In this document: positions 1-13,500 of the stretch, piece by piece
Position numbering within the stretch: position 1 is the stretch's first letter
How the letters are laid out: the number at the start of each line of letters is the position of its first letter
DNA from: Chlorokybus atmophyticus
Taxonomy: Eukaryota; Plantae; Mesostigma and Chlorokybus algae
Direction of reading: 5' to 3'
NCBI GenBank assembly: GCA_009103225.1
Contig: RHPI01000818.1
Coordinates: forward strand, 124,001-188,000
DNA length: 64,000 nt
Translations under genes and position numbers: made by a program
The notes under the pieces: generated by a model
What the model was told of the DNA's origin: nothing
Databases searched by the model: none
The model's input: only the letters and a program-made list of their open reading frames with translations

Positions 1-312
1 TTGTGTAATGCTGCAATATCACTGTTAACAATAACTCCGCGATGGTACTTCCAAAAAAACTTGTGCTTTCCGGCCTTTCAAGTGATTATCATAGACTGAA
101 ATTTATAGGTTGGCGAGGTTTTTGCAAGCAATTAATTAAACATCCAGGCAGCGCCTTTCAGGAAGATCTCGAAGCACCACGGTAGTAGGGTAGGTAGTGG
201 TGCCAGTAAGTTCCGTAGCCAAGTGACTAACCCAAGAATCGTGTGTTCAAAAGGCAAAGGGGAACTCGACGGGAACTCTTGCACACAGCCAAATTTGCGT
301 GAACATGCAATG

Positions 313-358
313 CCACAACCACAACCACAACCACAACCACAACCACAACCACAACCAC
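313..358 (+). repeat. (CCACAA)n hexanucleotide microsatellite, ~7.5 units
   Basis: Directly visible: ccacaa repeated from 313. Confidence 0.95.
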
Positions 359-1225
359 GTGGTTGAGTGACTCACCAACTCGGCCACTAAGCTAAGGCAT
401 GCGTATGCATGCTATCTACCAACTACCCCTACCCCTACTACTACTGCCCCCCTGTCAGATATGCATGCATGCATAGGCATAGACTGTAGCAAAGGCAAGC
501 AAGGCAACGTGACCAACAACCAGTGGCAAAACTAGCCGCAGTAGATGCAGCAAGCGGAACAAGTTAGCGTTTGCACACTAGCAGCAACCAGCAAGTACGG
601 TAGCGGCAGCAGTAGCGCGCTGGGCCCTTAGCAGTACTTGAAACACGGCAAGGCAGCAACTACGGTAGCTCCTCACCTACACAGAAGTCCACAGTGAGCC
701 AGAAGCCGTTGGGTAACTGGACACTGTGGCCGCCAGTGGTATAAGTAGTCCGGAGTTTGAGGTTAGCGCCATTCCCCCATTCGCGCGCAGGCAGCACATG
801 ACATGTTATGCGTCAATGCATGCATGCATGCATTGCAATTGCAATACCTGCACAAGCGCCTTGGTGTGTCAGTTGAAGATGGTGAAGAATGACTGCCCCT
901 TGCATACAGGCAAATGTTCCCTTGCATGTGCGCAGTAACCGTTATATCCTTTCAATAGTGCACTGTGAAACTCACTAGTGATACAATGATTGCTGACACC
1001 CTAGACCAATACAATGCACAATACACATCACCAGGTAGTGCGACAGGTTTGCCCGACCACTGACACAGCAGCAACATGCACTGACTCACAACAGTGTCAT
1101 CCAAGTCACCAATTGGGCAGCACAGGTGTTTCAACTTATTATACCAGCGGCCCGGATGTTGTCATGGAAGCTGAACTACCATCCCAGCTAATATATGCAC
1201 ATTTGTACAACTCCTGCAGCACTGC

Positions 1226-1230
1226 TTACA
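1226..1230 (-). promoter_or_regulatory. candidate TGTAA polyadenylation signal of the ABC1 kinase gene
   Basis: ttaca on + (TGTAA on -) about 57 nt past the stop at 1287. UGUAA is the established chlorophyte poly(A) signal. Confidence 0.4.
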
Positions 1231-1286
1231 CAGCTCTGCAGACTATCTAGCACATGTACCGCACTATGCCAACAATTAACAAACAC

Positions 1287-4140
1287 CTAGGCTAGGCTAC
1301 TGGCAGTCAAACCGAACTGCAAATCTCCATCAGAGCGTCTCCGCCGGGGAGGCAGACCGCCGCGGGTGTGATGACTGCGGCTCAACAATCGCCGCTTGGT
1401 GCGGCGGTGCTCGTCGAGCTTGTTAGATTGATGGTTTCCTTCCAATGCAGCCAGCGCCTTTTCAGCAATCGGCTTCCAGGCTGCGGCTGAAGACCAATCG
1501 ATCCCCATCCCTGTACTCAGCCCTCGCAGCAACTGTGTCACTCGCAACACAAAGAACAGATCTTGGGGAAACTTCTGCACACACCCCACACTGGTTGTCA
1601 GCCACATTGAAAGCATGACACCCAGTCAAGAGGCAGCAGGATGAAGACGCATGCCAACGTGTACAACTGCAATGCCATGTATCCAAGCATACACCTCCCA
1701 CGTACCTTTACTGCATTCTGTTGCAGTGGGCCCTTCTTGTCAAACGGGTCCACATGTTGTCCTTTTGTGTCAAACATGTTGCACACCATTCTGCCAAACT
1801 TACTCAGGTCGCCGCTCACGGGCCTCTCCATAACAATCCCAAGAGATTCAAACTTCTTGGCCACAGCGGTCATGTTGCCCTGTGTCATGGCCAGTACCAG
1901 CTTGGCAAAAGCCACGCGCGTCTTCTCTGGCAGCCGCTTCGTTTGTCCATAGTCAATCAGCCCAACCTGCACATCAATGTCAGTGCGGTAAACAAGCCAA
2001 CCTCCACCTATGACAAACATGTGCTGCACATGTAATTGCAACCATGTAACAATGTGCGTCGACTGCGTACTTCCCACCTTGGGACCCTTCAATATCATGA
2101 AGTTGCCTGGATGCGGGTCAGCCTGGAAGAACCCATCTGCAATGATCATCTGCCCATATGCATTTGTTATTGCCGCTAGAATTTTCGCCTTCGTTCCACG
2201 CGCTAGAAAGCTGTCAGGGTTGATACCTCTCTTCAACATCTCCTCCTGTAAGACAAAACAACGCTCTTACCATTTCTTGCCGTCAGACTTCAGAGACACA
2301 TAAGGCAGGAATGCCTTGGAAGCGCACTGGACATTTAGCCAGCATGTATACATTACACGTGCGCAGTTAATGATACACTTCCTGACCATGTCCGCATCAC
2401 AGCTCACCCTCATTCGCATGATGGGAGTGCCCTCAAGGAAGTCCATTACCAACACACGCCTCGTAACATAGCTGTCAACTGGCCTGGGGACCACTACTGG
2501 AAGAGCGTCCTGTCGTTCTTCTTTGCTGAGGGGCCTAGACATCAAACCAACTCAACAAGTTGCGAAGCAGCAAGCATTGTCATGCTTGATCACACATAGA
2601 TACACAGGCTGTGCCATGTACCAGCATGTTTATCTCATGTAACTCTGGCTTTTGCAGGTTACCTGTGCGTCAAGACGTGCGAATTTCGTGTTCTGGCCCG
2701 GTCTTTTTCATGCTGGTATTCCATAAGAGAACCCCCGATTTCTTTCATCGAAGCGGCTTCCCTCACAAAATCAAACTCATATTCAATCTGGTGACAGTGA
2801 TGCGGACCGGTTAGTGACCTTGTGTAGAGGCATCAAGGACGACTGAACAGGGCAAGCCAAACAACAAGAAGAAACACTGTGAAATTGATTGAAGCAAATG
2901 AAGCCTGAAGCGGAGACTAAGTTACCTGCTCTTCCAATTCCCGGAAGACCGACATTAGATCAAAGGGCAGCTCTACTCGCTGCAAGAATGCGCCTAAGTG
3001 CTTGAGGTTCCGTATGTCCATCATCATCAACTCTTGCGCATCAGGATGCTGTACCTGCATTGAGACAAAATACGTGCATGGCTTCTCGACCATGCCCATG
3101 CAGATATGGACATCAGATGTACCACCATGGATACCTTTACAGCGACATCTGTCTTCATGCCTCGTATCCGTGCTCGATGCACTTGTGCAACGGACGCAGA
3201 GCCTACGGGTTTGGGGTCAAAGCGCTCAAAGATGTCCTCAAACCGTCTGCCAAGCTCTACTTCCAGTAGACTTCTCACCTGCAAGTTGCGCACCATCAAA
3301 CTTGCCTCCCATTGACATCCATATCTTGTGGTGCGTGTGCCTACATGTGATGACTCACCTTCCATAACGGTGTTTGAGGTGCATCATCATGCAATCGTGA
3401 CAATCGCTTCACCCAAGCCATAGGTACAAGGTCGGGCTTTGCTAAGAATTGTCCCGTCTGTGGCACATGCCAATCATGTCATTGCCGGTTACGACCCAAG
3501 CAAAGGAGGTCACACGCGCAGTGCGAAGGATAGAGCCGTGCATGGCACCTACCTTCAAATAAAACCCACGCAGGTCAATACACAACCCGTAGACGGCATC
3601 GGCAGCTTGCTGATGCTGCGCTTCCCACAGCCTTAACCTTTCGGCATCGCTCTTGACAAGCGCGGCTTTCAACTGGCAAACCTGCACAGAATTGTTCATT
3701 ACGCATGGCCAGCAAGCAACATGATGATAGCCGTGCCTATATTGACTCTGTGGGTAGCTCTTTGAGACAATTGCCAATGTGACGCTAATGCCATGCACTG
3801 CATTGTTGTTGTGTTCCATAACAAGTCCATCACACGAGTCTCACAATGTGTGATGCACAGAAGCGCACATAGATGTCCTGCGTGCGTCCCAACGCCAAAT
3901 GCCATGCTACGCAATGCCATGTGGCGTAATGCTGGAGACAAGCTCATGACATAAGAGAAGTTGAGATGCCCACCTTGTAGCTGCCGTAAATGGCAACAGC
4001 TCGACCCCAAAACTGCAACAACACCAGTACAAAGTTAGCCCATACCAAGGTTGTCAAGGTGACTCCGCAGTGCAGCATCAGCCCACCTCGCGCGTGCGTT
4101 GAAAGGTTTTCCAGTCTCTAGTCCGGGTGAACGCTTCGAT
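1287..4140 (-). CDS. ABC1K: ABC1/UbiB (ADCK) atypical protein kinase, multi-exon; start codon unresolved
   Basis: Spliced segments read FWGRAVAIYGSYK / VCQLKAALVKSDAERLRLWEAQHQQAADAVYGLCIDLRGFYLK / FERFDPKPVGSASVAQVHRA..VAVK / VQHP..LMMMDIRNL / VTRRVLVMDFLEG / FFQADPHPGN / LIDYGQ / FPQDLFFVLRVTQLLRGLSTGMG, the canonical ABC1 motif order. It recalls the plant At4g24810-type subgroup. Stop at 1287. Confidence 0.93.
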
Positions 4141-5856
4141 TCGCGTCCCAACAGGTGATGCTGCGACTGCATTCCTCCCTCGTGCGCGCAGTGTGTCCCA
4201 AAAATGCACACCATGTTGTGTTGACGTTCCTGGCTGCGGCCTGAGTGCACGTTGTGGTCAGTGCGATGCTGAACTAGTGTGCGGTAGAGTACAGGTTGCC
4301 ACGTCAACGCCCCCTCTCTCTCGACCCAGCAGGCTGAAGTAAAGCATGCCGGTGCACACTCGCATTGGGTCTACGCCCAGTACACTACAAGTATTAACGC
4401 TGGACTTGTCGTATTGTGTGCTTGCGGGTCAATGTGGAATGCAGCTCGAGAGCAAGTTCAAGATCAGACAAAACACAATGCGGCAACACTGGCCAGCCAC
4501 AACGCATCTGCATATCATTTAGATCTATGACAATGAAGCTAGCCGAGTACGAATGCTGTGCTGAAGACATGCGTCCGTAGGCTTGGCAACGGTCTGCAGT
4601 GCTCTCACAACACTGCGACTCTCAACCACACCAGGTTGAATGTCAACTCAATGTACAAGCGGACGACATAACCTCCGCCTATGGTTGAAGTCGTGACAGT
4701 CCGCTTGGTGCATGGCAGCTGAGATTCTCGCTCAAAATGAAAGAGCTCATCAAGGATGTGCAGACTGCAGCAATCAAGCAGTGAACTACATGCTGTGCAA
4801 ATCAAGCGCCAGAAGGATGGCATGCAGCTGGCTACGAAGCAAGCATCAGTTGCAACTAAGAACATACTGCTCTTCTTGCGAGCCTTGTGCAATGGAAACT
4901 TGCTATTTGCAACGCGAACTCGAAAACAACAGTCATCGTAGTAATATTGAGTCGGCGATGGATGTAATGCATGTGAACAGCTCACTGAGATCAGCCTCAA
5001 CGACCATTGATCCCTGAAAGATCTACAGGCGAAGCTTCAGCCAAGTAGTACAACCAAGACAGCAAGAAGACCTCACTGTCTTACGCATGCGCAGGGCTCG
5101 TGGTGGCGGTCTGTACGCTCCAGGCAGCGACGGCAGCAGCGGCGGCGGCTCCAGCAGCCGCAGCTGAGGTTCCGAACCCCTTGGTGGACCCCCACGCCCC
5201 TGGGTCCACGGACCCCGTCCCGGCGACCATCCGGTACACGAGGCGCCAAGCAGCTGGCGCTTACCTCCCCCTCCTGGTCGTCCTTGCTCCTCACCACCTC
5301 CACAAACACCACAGGAGCGCCTACCTCCAGATCAGTGCGCCAGGCGTACAGCCGCAGCTTGCTTACTGAATCGCTCCACACAATTGCAATCAAAACGTCA
5401 TGTCCCAGACACGATCTCAACCGCTACGGGTACGGTACCGACGGTACCCCCGTAGAACTCATTTTGGGTTCTCTGCTTGTGGGACTCGCTGCGTGATTTT
5501 AGCGCTGCTGGCTAGGTCCCCATCTATGAATTGTCGAGGGGAGTTTAGTCCCGGTACAGGACTGTGCTGGATCTCGAAACAGGATGTGGTTGAAGCTGTA
5601 TCTAGATACGCCACGCTGTGCCACACTGTAGCTTTGCCAAAATCATTGGTTTGGGATCTAGGTGGTAGTGGCAGACACGTGGCTGGCTGCGGTGGCACCG
5701 GTGGCGGCGGAGGCGGCGAGCTCACCGTTTGGGTGCTGGTTGTTGTCTCTGTGTGGAGATAATCCTCGGCGTAGACTATTGCTGAGGCAGTGGCAGTGGC
5801 AGCAGGTAGCCAGCTAGCAGCTTGGTAGTTGTCGCTGCACGCGTGCATGGGAAGGT

Positions 5857-8522
5857 ATGGCTGAAGTTGTGCTGTCGTCCGCTGTCTGCTGCTTGAGCAG
5901 TAGTAAAAGCATCACAAGCAGCAGTTTGGGGCCTAGCTGGCAGGGAAGGAGAGGCGTTAGGCAGTCAGCTGTTGGATTGGTGGGTGGGACGGGGAGCAGC
6001 AAAGCAGGTAGTTCAAGTAGTTATCGTAGCTTGTCATCTAGGTTGCGCAGCGCGTCTTACAGTGCAAGGCGGGAGAGGCGACGAGGGTGGGGTGTTGCTG
6101 TGCCGACCCAAGCTCGGACCGACGCTGATGTGAACGTGGGAGAGTCTGTCAAGGTTGATGTAGGTGTACCGCCGCCGCTGCCGGAAGTTATTGAGCACAC
6201 CAAACGTAACGCACACAAGCTAGAACCCGAAGGTGAGCTTAACCTTGCTGTGCCACTAGCTGTACAGCTTACCCACCCCCCCCACCCCCCCCACCCCTAG
6301 TGCGGGGTGGTATCCCTTTTCCCTCTTCCTTTTGCTGTGTGATTCTTGTTGAACGTTAAAGCAACATACCATTATTGTGCTGCAGTTGCCACAGCTATGG
6401 TTGCGTGCATGGTGTCTCAGCACCTCTGAAAAGTTGATTGAGTATGTACGTGGAAAAGGATGCTAGAAACAACAGCACCTGAAGCTGGTTGTGTCATAAA
6501 CTTAACCTACCGGTACGCAAGGAAAGATTGAATGTTATTTGTAGGGTCACATGGCAAGCAGCAAGGGATACTGCAGCGATTGAGTGGCGTGCTGGGCGTG
6601 GAGCCAAGTCCAGACATTGCAGCGATAGCTAGTGTCTATTTTGTGCAGGGCGTGCTAGGGCTGTCTCGCTTGGCGGTGTCCTTTTTTCTGAAAGATGAAC
6701 TACATCTAAACCCAGCGGATGTAAGCAAGCATTCCTGTGTCAGTAAGCGTGTCTTGTGTACATCTTGGTGAAATTTAAACCAAACCCCTTTTGCGACAGG
6801 TCGCTTTGCTGACGAGCATTGCTGCATTCCCATGGATGGTCAAACCATTGTATGGTTTTCTGAGGTGAGTTTGCACCGTCACCACAGCCGCCACTGGTTT
6901 TCTCTTGGACCTGCAGCTTGCAAATAGTAATGTGCGCCGTGCGCAACAGTGATGGCTTGCCCCTGTTTGGGTATCGGCGACGGTCATACCTGGTGCTGTG
7001 CGGACTTTTGGGCGCCGGTGCTTGGGCTTCATTGGCAGCACTTGTTCACACACCTATGACAGCTGCGGTAGCAGTGACAGTGTCATCGCTGTCTGTAGCT
7101 GTGGCAGATGTGGTAAGTGCCACCTAACAAACTGCTATATTGTGTCCACATGTTGTGGCCATGTGGCTGTGATGCACTCCTGCTCCTATGAACTGCAACG
7201 ACTGGTGCACAGGTTGTGGACTCCATGGTCGTGGAGAGGGCTAAGGGCGAGTCTCAAGCTGCCTCAGGCTCCCTGCAGTCTCTGTGTTGGGGTTCCTCTG
7301 CCATTGGAGGCATCCTCTCTGCGTACTTGGGTGGCTTCTTGGTAGAGGAGTATGGCCCGCGGTTTGTGTTTGGCCTTACGGCTGCGCTGCCTCTCATTAC
7401 CTCAGCAGTTGCTATCTTGGTGAATGAAGACAAGGTTGCTCCTGCGTCAGAGTCTGGTGAACTGGAGGGCATAGCGCTAGTGAAGCAGCAGGTACATTGT
7501 GCTTGCTTGTGTCAAGTTGTGGTCTATGTGACTACAGGGAAGCAAGTTCACGCGCACGTCGTTAATGCAACTACAATGTCGCAGGCAACATTACTCTGGC
7601 AAACGGTTAGGCAGAGGAGCATTTGGTTACCAGCGCTGTTCGTGTTCTTGTGGCAGTCTACTCCACATGCTGAGACAGCCATGTTTTACTTCACGTAAGC
7701 AATGCAGCTGGACGTGTTTGTATGCCAGTGTACTGCACCTACTGAGGCAGCGATGTTTCAGCAATGCCAAGAGATAATGGTATTTACTTGGAAATCCTGA
7801 CGGTTGCATTCTGCCACGTAGGACAAACAAGCTTGGCTTTGGCCCGGAGTTTCTCGGCCGAGTAAGGCTGGTCACCAACCTGGCGTCACTTGGAGGCGTC
7901 ACACTGTACAATACATCACTTAAGGATGTTCCCTTGCGTAGAATTCTTTTCTGGACCTGCATAACTGGTGTTGGTGTTGGTCTCACTCAGGTATCCCTCA
8001 TCCTGTGCTGTTGACACAGTACTGATGACTTGCGAGTGGCATGTCACTGTGTTTCATCAAAATCACTTGTGTGCATATCTGCTTCGCAGCTGGTGCTCAT
8101 CACTGGAGCCAACCGATCTTTGGGAATTAGCGACCAGTGGTTTGCAATGGGTGACACGCTTGTCATTACCGCTTTGGGTCAGGTATGTGCATAAGTTGCG
8201 CAACGTACATACAAGCAGTCTATTGGTGACATCCTGCTCACTTGCTGTGCGACAGATTGCTTTCATGCCCATCCTCGTGCTGGCAGCACAGCTGTGTCCA
8301 GACGGTGTAGAAGCGACATTGTTTGCAACATTGATGTCAATCAGCAATGCTGGTGGCGTCTTTGGTGGCGCTTTGGGCGCAATGCTCACAAAAGCTCTCG
8401 GCGTGACAAGCACGGAGTTTGACAACTTGGGGTTGCTGGTTCTGCTTTGTAATCTGTCATCATTGCTGCCTTTGCCCTTTTTGGCGTGGCTTCCTTCAAC
8501 TGCGCCAGAGAAAAAGGAATAG
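5857..8522 (+). CDS. plastid folate-biopterin transporter (BT1/FBT family, MFS), multi-exon
   Basis: Ser/Arg-rich transit-peptide-like exon 5857-~6232, then [116 protein letters not shown]. Stop at 8522. Confidence 0.95.
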
Positions 8523-8585
8523 CTGGAGTGTCCGCAACAGGCTGATGTTGTAGTGAAGCAACATGTATTGAATCAACGCCTGCCG

Positions 8586-8590
8586 TGTAA
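8586..8590 (+). promoter_or_regulatory. candidate TGTAA polyadenylation signal of the FBT gene
   Basis: tgtaa about 64 nt after the stop at 8522. Confidence 0.45.
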
Positions 8591-10251
8591 CATATGCTAA
8601 TTGTAGAGGTAGACTTGTGGCAAGACTGCTGCTTGCTACGCAGGCGCTCATTGCGCTTTGTTACGTTGTACATACACTAGAGACCATGCTGGCTTGTGGT
8701 CTTGTAGATGCTGCTTTGGCTGGTGTGTAACAAGCACGGCAGTCCATGCTATTTGCAACACGCATGCTGTGCAGCGAGGCCAACCTTATAAGCCTAAGTC
8801 TCTAGTTGCTGCTGATTTACTCAGACACCTTGCCAGTACCCTCCATCCCCCTCCTGCCCTACCTTTCCTCGACTTTGCTGGCCTGATATCATTATGTAGT
8901 ATGCACCTATGCTGGTCATCAGTTGCAGTCGGTGCAGCTCTAATACTGCTCACACCTCTGTATTTCTCTCCTCTGCGCCTCTGCAGGTGGAGACAGTGTT
9001 TGTTTGCATAAGTCCCACCCCTCATCTCTACTATTGCTGCCTGACTAGCATTGCACATGGTTAGTCCCAATAGCTGGCCCCTTAGGTGTGATTGGTTGTA
9101 GTAGTGATTGGGTAGGGAGGGGATGTTCCAGGTTGTGCGTGTAAGTGTGTGTACAAAAACGCAAAGCGTATAGTAGACATACATGGTTAGCACTCAGCAT
9201 GTCACAACTACTACCCTACAACAATAGGGCTTACATCATTGACCGCCGGGCTTATAAGTTTATGAATTGACCCATTACTTTTACCACTACCATTACACCC
9301 CACCCCCCGTTTGTCATGTGTGCATGCATTGTAGTTGGTATCAGTAGTTATTTGCACAACACTAGCGGCTCGAGTCTTCGTAGGGTAGTAACAACAACAG
9401 CGTGTGCAAGTGCAAGTGCCTGCGCGTGTGTACCTGCGTGTACCCACGAAGCACACTTGCAGCATGCACACGGATGGTGTGCATACGCTCAACATGCTGT
9501 AGTAGAGAGTGGCACACACACCAACACTCACCTCACGGCTATAACAATTTGACCATCTGGCTACCACCAACTCTACCACTGCCACTACAACCCCATCCCG
9601 TCAGTCATGCATGCTTACGTGAGGACTGTAGCAAGACAAGTGACTGGCATGGACAACTCACACTACCATACACAATCAATAAACTCATGCAGGTATCATC
9701 GCGTTTCCTGCGATACAACCGCGTATCAGAGCCGACGCGACACATTGGCTAGGACGACCAGCCGACTATGTGCGTGTGCAAATGCAAATGTGCGAGTGCT
9801 TGCGTGTGTTGGCAGAGTGATAGTGTGTGCGTTTTGCTTTCTTGTCGTCTACGGTTGTCAGTCTGGGGTGAGTGAAATTATTATTATACCTTTCGTGCGA
9901 CTTGTTGCGTAAACTGCCAATCGGTGCTGTCTGAGCAGGTTGTGCAAGTGTGTGCTGCTTACAGTGGGGCTACCGGTAGACGTGAAGAACTGTGTATGCC
10001 TATGTGCACCTCTTGCTACTTCATGAAAGCTCTGATTTTGAAAAGGCTCTAATTAAGCTCTTGTTCCACATGACGAAAGTTCCGCCATGTTAGCCGAATC
10101 GGCTAAGCCGACAGGCTGCATCATGCTGCTTGATGATTGATGCAGCCATTGCGTCAGAGAGTCCGAGTCAGACTCGCGTACGGAGCATAGTTCAGCAGTC
10201 TCGGAGACTCGGAGAGTGTTCAATTACGTAATTGAGTACTCTAAGACTTAC

Positions 10252-10351
10252 TGAGTTTCGCTCGCATGCCGCATGCAGTGGCATCGTCAGCGTCCTCCGC
10301 CGCCGCCGCCTCCTCGTCGTTGGCAAGGCTGCGGTTGTCGGCTGAAGTCAT
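10252..10351 (-). CDS. candidate first coding exon of an unidentified gene (MTSADNRSLANDEEAAAAEDADDATACGMRAKL)
   Basis: ATG at 10351, GC-rich open frame, ending at a consensus GTAAGT donor (10251-10246). Divergent from the RRM gene ATG 203 bp away. Downstream exons not resolved. Confidence 0.3.
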
Positions 10352-10554
10352 CTTAGCTTAAATGTACTGTACTTCTGTCTGTATTACTCTCTCTCTCGTG
10401 CTCCCTCTCGCTCTGTGGCTCGTCCAGCCGCACCTCACCTTTGCCTAAAGCCTTTACCATACTGGTCGGCTGCTTGCGGGGTTTGCTGCCGAGGGTTACG
10501 TTGTCCGGCATCGGCACTTACTGGCAGTATCAAGCGCTTGGCATGTAACCTCGA

Positions 10555-13500
10555 ATGGATAGTGATGGTGAAGGTGAGTATGTCCATGCCGCACTCTAGC
10601 TCAGATCAGCTCAGTTTAGCTCAGCTCAGCTCAGCTCAGTTTAGCTCAGCACAGCACAGCTCGGGCCAGCGTAGCCAAACTCAACTGGGATAAGCTGCGC
10701 TATAAGGTGAATTCCGCTGAGCCGGTTGATTAGTTAGTTAGCTGATGAATTGGACGACGCCCATCAAAATGCTTGCAATGGTGCAGCGATGCTGATATAG
10801 CTGCAAGCTGGTTTCAAGCTCGCTTACAGATAGTCGCGGTGGTTTCAGCACTGTAAGACCTGAACCAAATGTCAACCCGAGAGGTTTGCATTGCAGGGGT
10901 GAAGGAGCTGTGGGTTGGCAACATCGACAGCCGCGCTACTGAGTTTGACCTTTTTCGGTTCCTAGATGAGTACGCAGTTGGCATGGTGGATTGCAGGCTG
11001 TTTCCCAGAACCTCGCCGATCACTTACGCTTTTCTCACAATGAAGGATTGCCAGGTGCGTTCGTGTACGTTACAACCACTGGCTTTCACTTTTGCTGCTT
11101 ATAATATATGACAGCCCAAGACAAACTCGCCTGTTGTGTGCTGGCATGCAGGCAGCGGCTCGTCTATTTGCGAGGGCTGATGCACACCCGTTGATGTTCA
11201 TGGGCAGGCGACTCTCTGTGCGGATGAAGCGGTGTTTTGTCCCGTCAACACGAGGTGTGTAATTGTTGAAGGAATTGACAATTTGCGTCTTTAGTTCGTT
11301 GCCATTATGGTTGACCTTGCATTGCATCGCAGGTGGCTCCGCTGGTCCAAGCACAAGCAAACCTGCTGCAGGCTTGGAGGTGAGAGCACTGTTTTGTGTG
11401 CTGTTATCTATTCTGTAGCTGTCTCCTGCTTCTGTTACTCGTCTGCGGCACCTGCATTGACGTACTGCAATTGACAACCAGAAGCTGAAGCTTGATATCT
11501 ATGATGTCCTGAGAGCAAGCCCTGAACCTTTGGAGCTCTCTAAACTCCAAAGTGCCTTTGCTGCAGTGAGTATCCTCAACAGTTGACACACTCATTGATG
11601 CAATTGCATTGCGGCTGACTCGTATTCTACGGTTGTGTCAGCATCACGGGAGGCAGCTTGATACGACCGCTTTGGGAACACTATCTCAGGTGGTTACGAG
11701 GCTGCTGCCGGATGAAGTGCACATTGCGCACGTGTGGAAGCGAGTGGGGAGAGAAGCAACCTGGGTGGAAAACGTTGTGGTGTTGAATGGCCCAGAGGTC
11801 CCCAGCCATTGGCAGGTATGTTGGTTATGGGCTATGCTGCGCAACCCCCGTGAACATGACGGTGCCATAGGTGTATTCGCGGGGCCAAGTTGAGGCGGCA
11901 CAGCGGAGTCTTTTTAAGGAGTTGAAAAAGGTCTGTAAGACAATGGCTTTCAGCTTGTGCTTTACATAAGGTGTTGTATAACATCAAGCGTGGCAATAGG
12001 AGCTTGACAGCGGACGTCACTACCTCTCACTGCCTGCTTCCAGCGCGGATGATGGGAACGGTCCTGACATCGCTAGCTGGTGGGACTTCTTGTGCCGGCA
12101 TTCTTACCAGACCATGAGGTATAGTGCACTGCCAACATTATTTTGCGGGGACACACCCGGTCATGCTTACCTTGCCCGATAGGTTTGAACGTGGTAGAAT
12201 TGTGCTGGACAGAAAAGGACCCTCAGCTTTGACAGAGCTGGAGCAGGTAAGTGCATGCATGCATTTGGTAGCTCTTTTAGTGCACATAGTACCTGCAGTG
12301 AATAGCTATCTGGGTGTTGCTGTGACTCCAGTTGCCCATGCCACGCTGCGAGCCGCTGCGTCGTGAACGCATGCATACCACACAGACATGCATTGCATCC
12401 ACCGACTGAGCTTGCTTTGCACATCCGCATGTGTTGCATGTCAGCTGTGGATAGGATACCTGCAGCAGGTGGCATGTGACGTTGTCACCTGCAAGTGCAT
12501 GCTTCCGCAGGAGGAGAGGCAGCAGAGGCAAGACAGCAAACGAAAGAGGATAACAGACCGGTTGGCTTTCCCAGAGGGCCAGCAGATGGCGCGCGAGGAG
12601 GAGCCTTGTCGCAACACGCGCAGTGATTTAATGCACAGAACAGAGCATTCGGATGCGGGTGCATCAGGCCAGCCAGATAGCAAAAGGAAGAAAAAGGAGA
12701 TTATGCTTCGACTAAGTTTTCCGGAGGAACTGAGGCGTGAACCGAAAAAGAAGTCAGTGTTGGATCGATTACAGCTGCCGCCAATGCTGCCAAAACTGAG
12801 CCCTGTCCCTGAGCCCCCTCGAATTGTTGATCCGTCCCCATCAAGCTCTCAGTGGGCTCTGCAAGTTAGTGCTGCCAAGTTGTCACCGACTGAGTGTGCG
12901 GATATGTTCTTAGAGACTTTCGCCGTTCACCCGCAACAGGTGAGATTCGATAGAGACCAGGCTGGACCCTCAGACCAGTTTGCTTATGCGCGGGCTGAGC
13001 GGCGCCACGAGGGTGGCACACGCAGTAATAGGGCTGCAAGCCCACATGGCAACGAGGCCAGCGACGACCAGACCATCGAGTATGATGCTTTAGGCAACAG
13101 CCAGGCCACTACAGACGGGCTTTACATGGCTGTTGACCAGCCTGCCAAGAGTGACCAGGCCAAAACTGGCCTGGTCACCACCGAGTATGCTACCAACCCA
13201 ATACCAGGGAATGGAAGCACTGAACAGCATCGCAGGCCAGACTGTGCAGTGCCAGCTGTTCATGCACAAGCCATCATCGTGAATGCGGGTGTTGATGTGG
13301 TACAACAGCCACAGCCGCAACCGGTAGCTATGAAACAGGCGGATGATGAGGTTGAAGAGGGTGAGATCGTTTCCGACAACATGGTGCCTGCTCCCAGAAG
13401 CAACAACCACCACACCTCAATGGGGCAGCAGCACAAATCCCCGCTTGTTAGTAGCAATGTCAAGGCGGAAGATGATGGCACAGCCCTCAAAAAGGGGATC

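Noticed and set aside
4383-4391. CACTACAAG resembling a CACTA terminus (also near 15789)
   Set aside because: No matching inverted end, subterminal repeats or target-site duplication.
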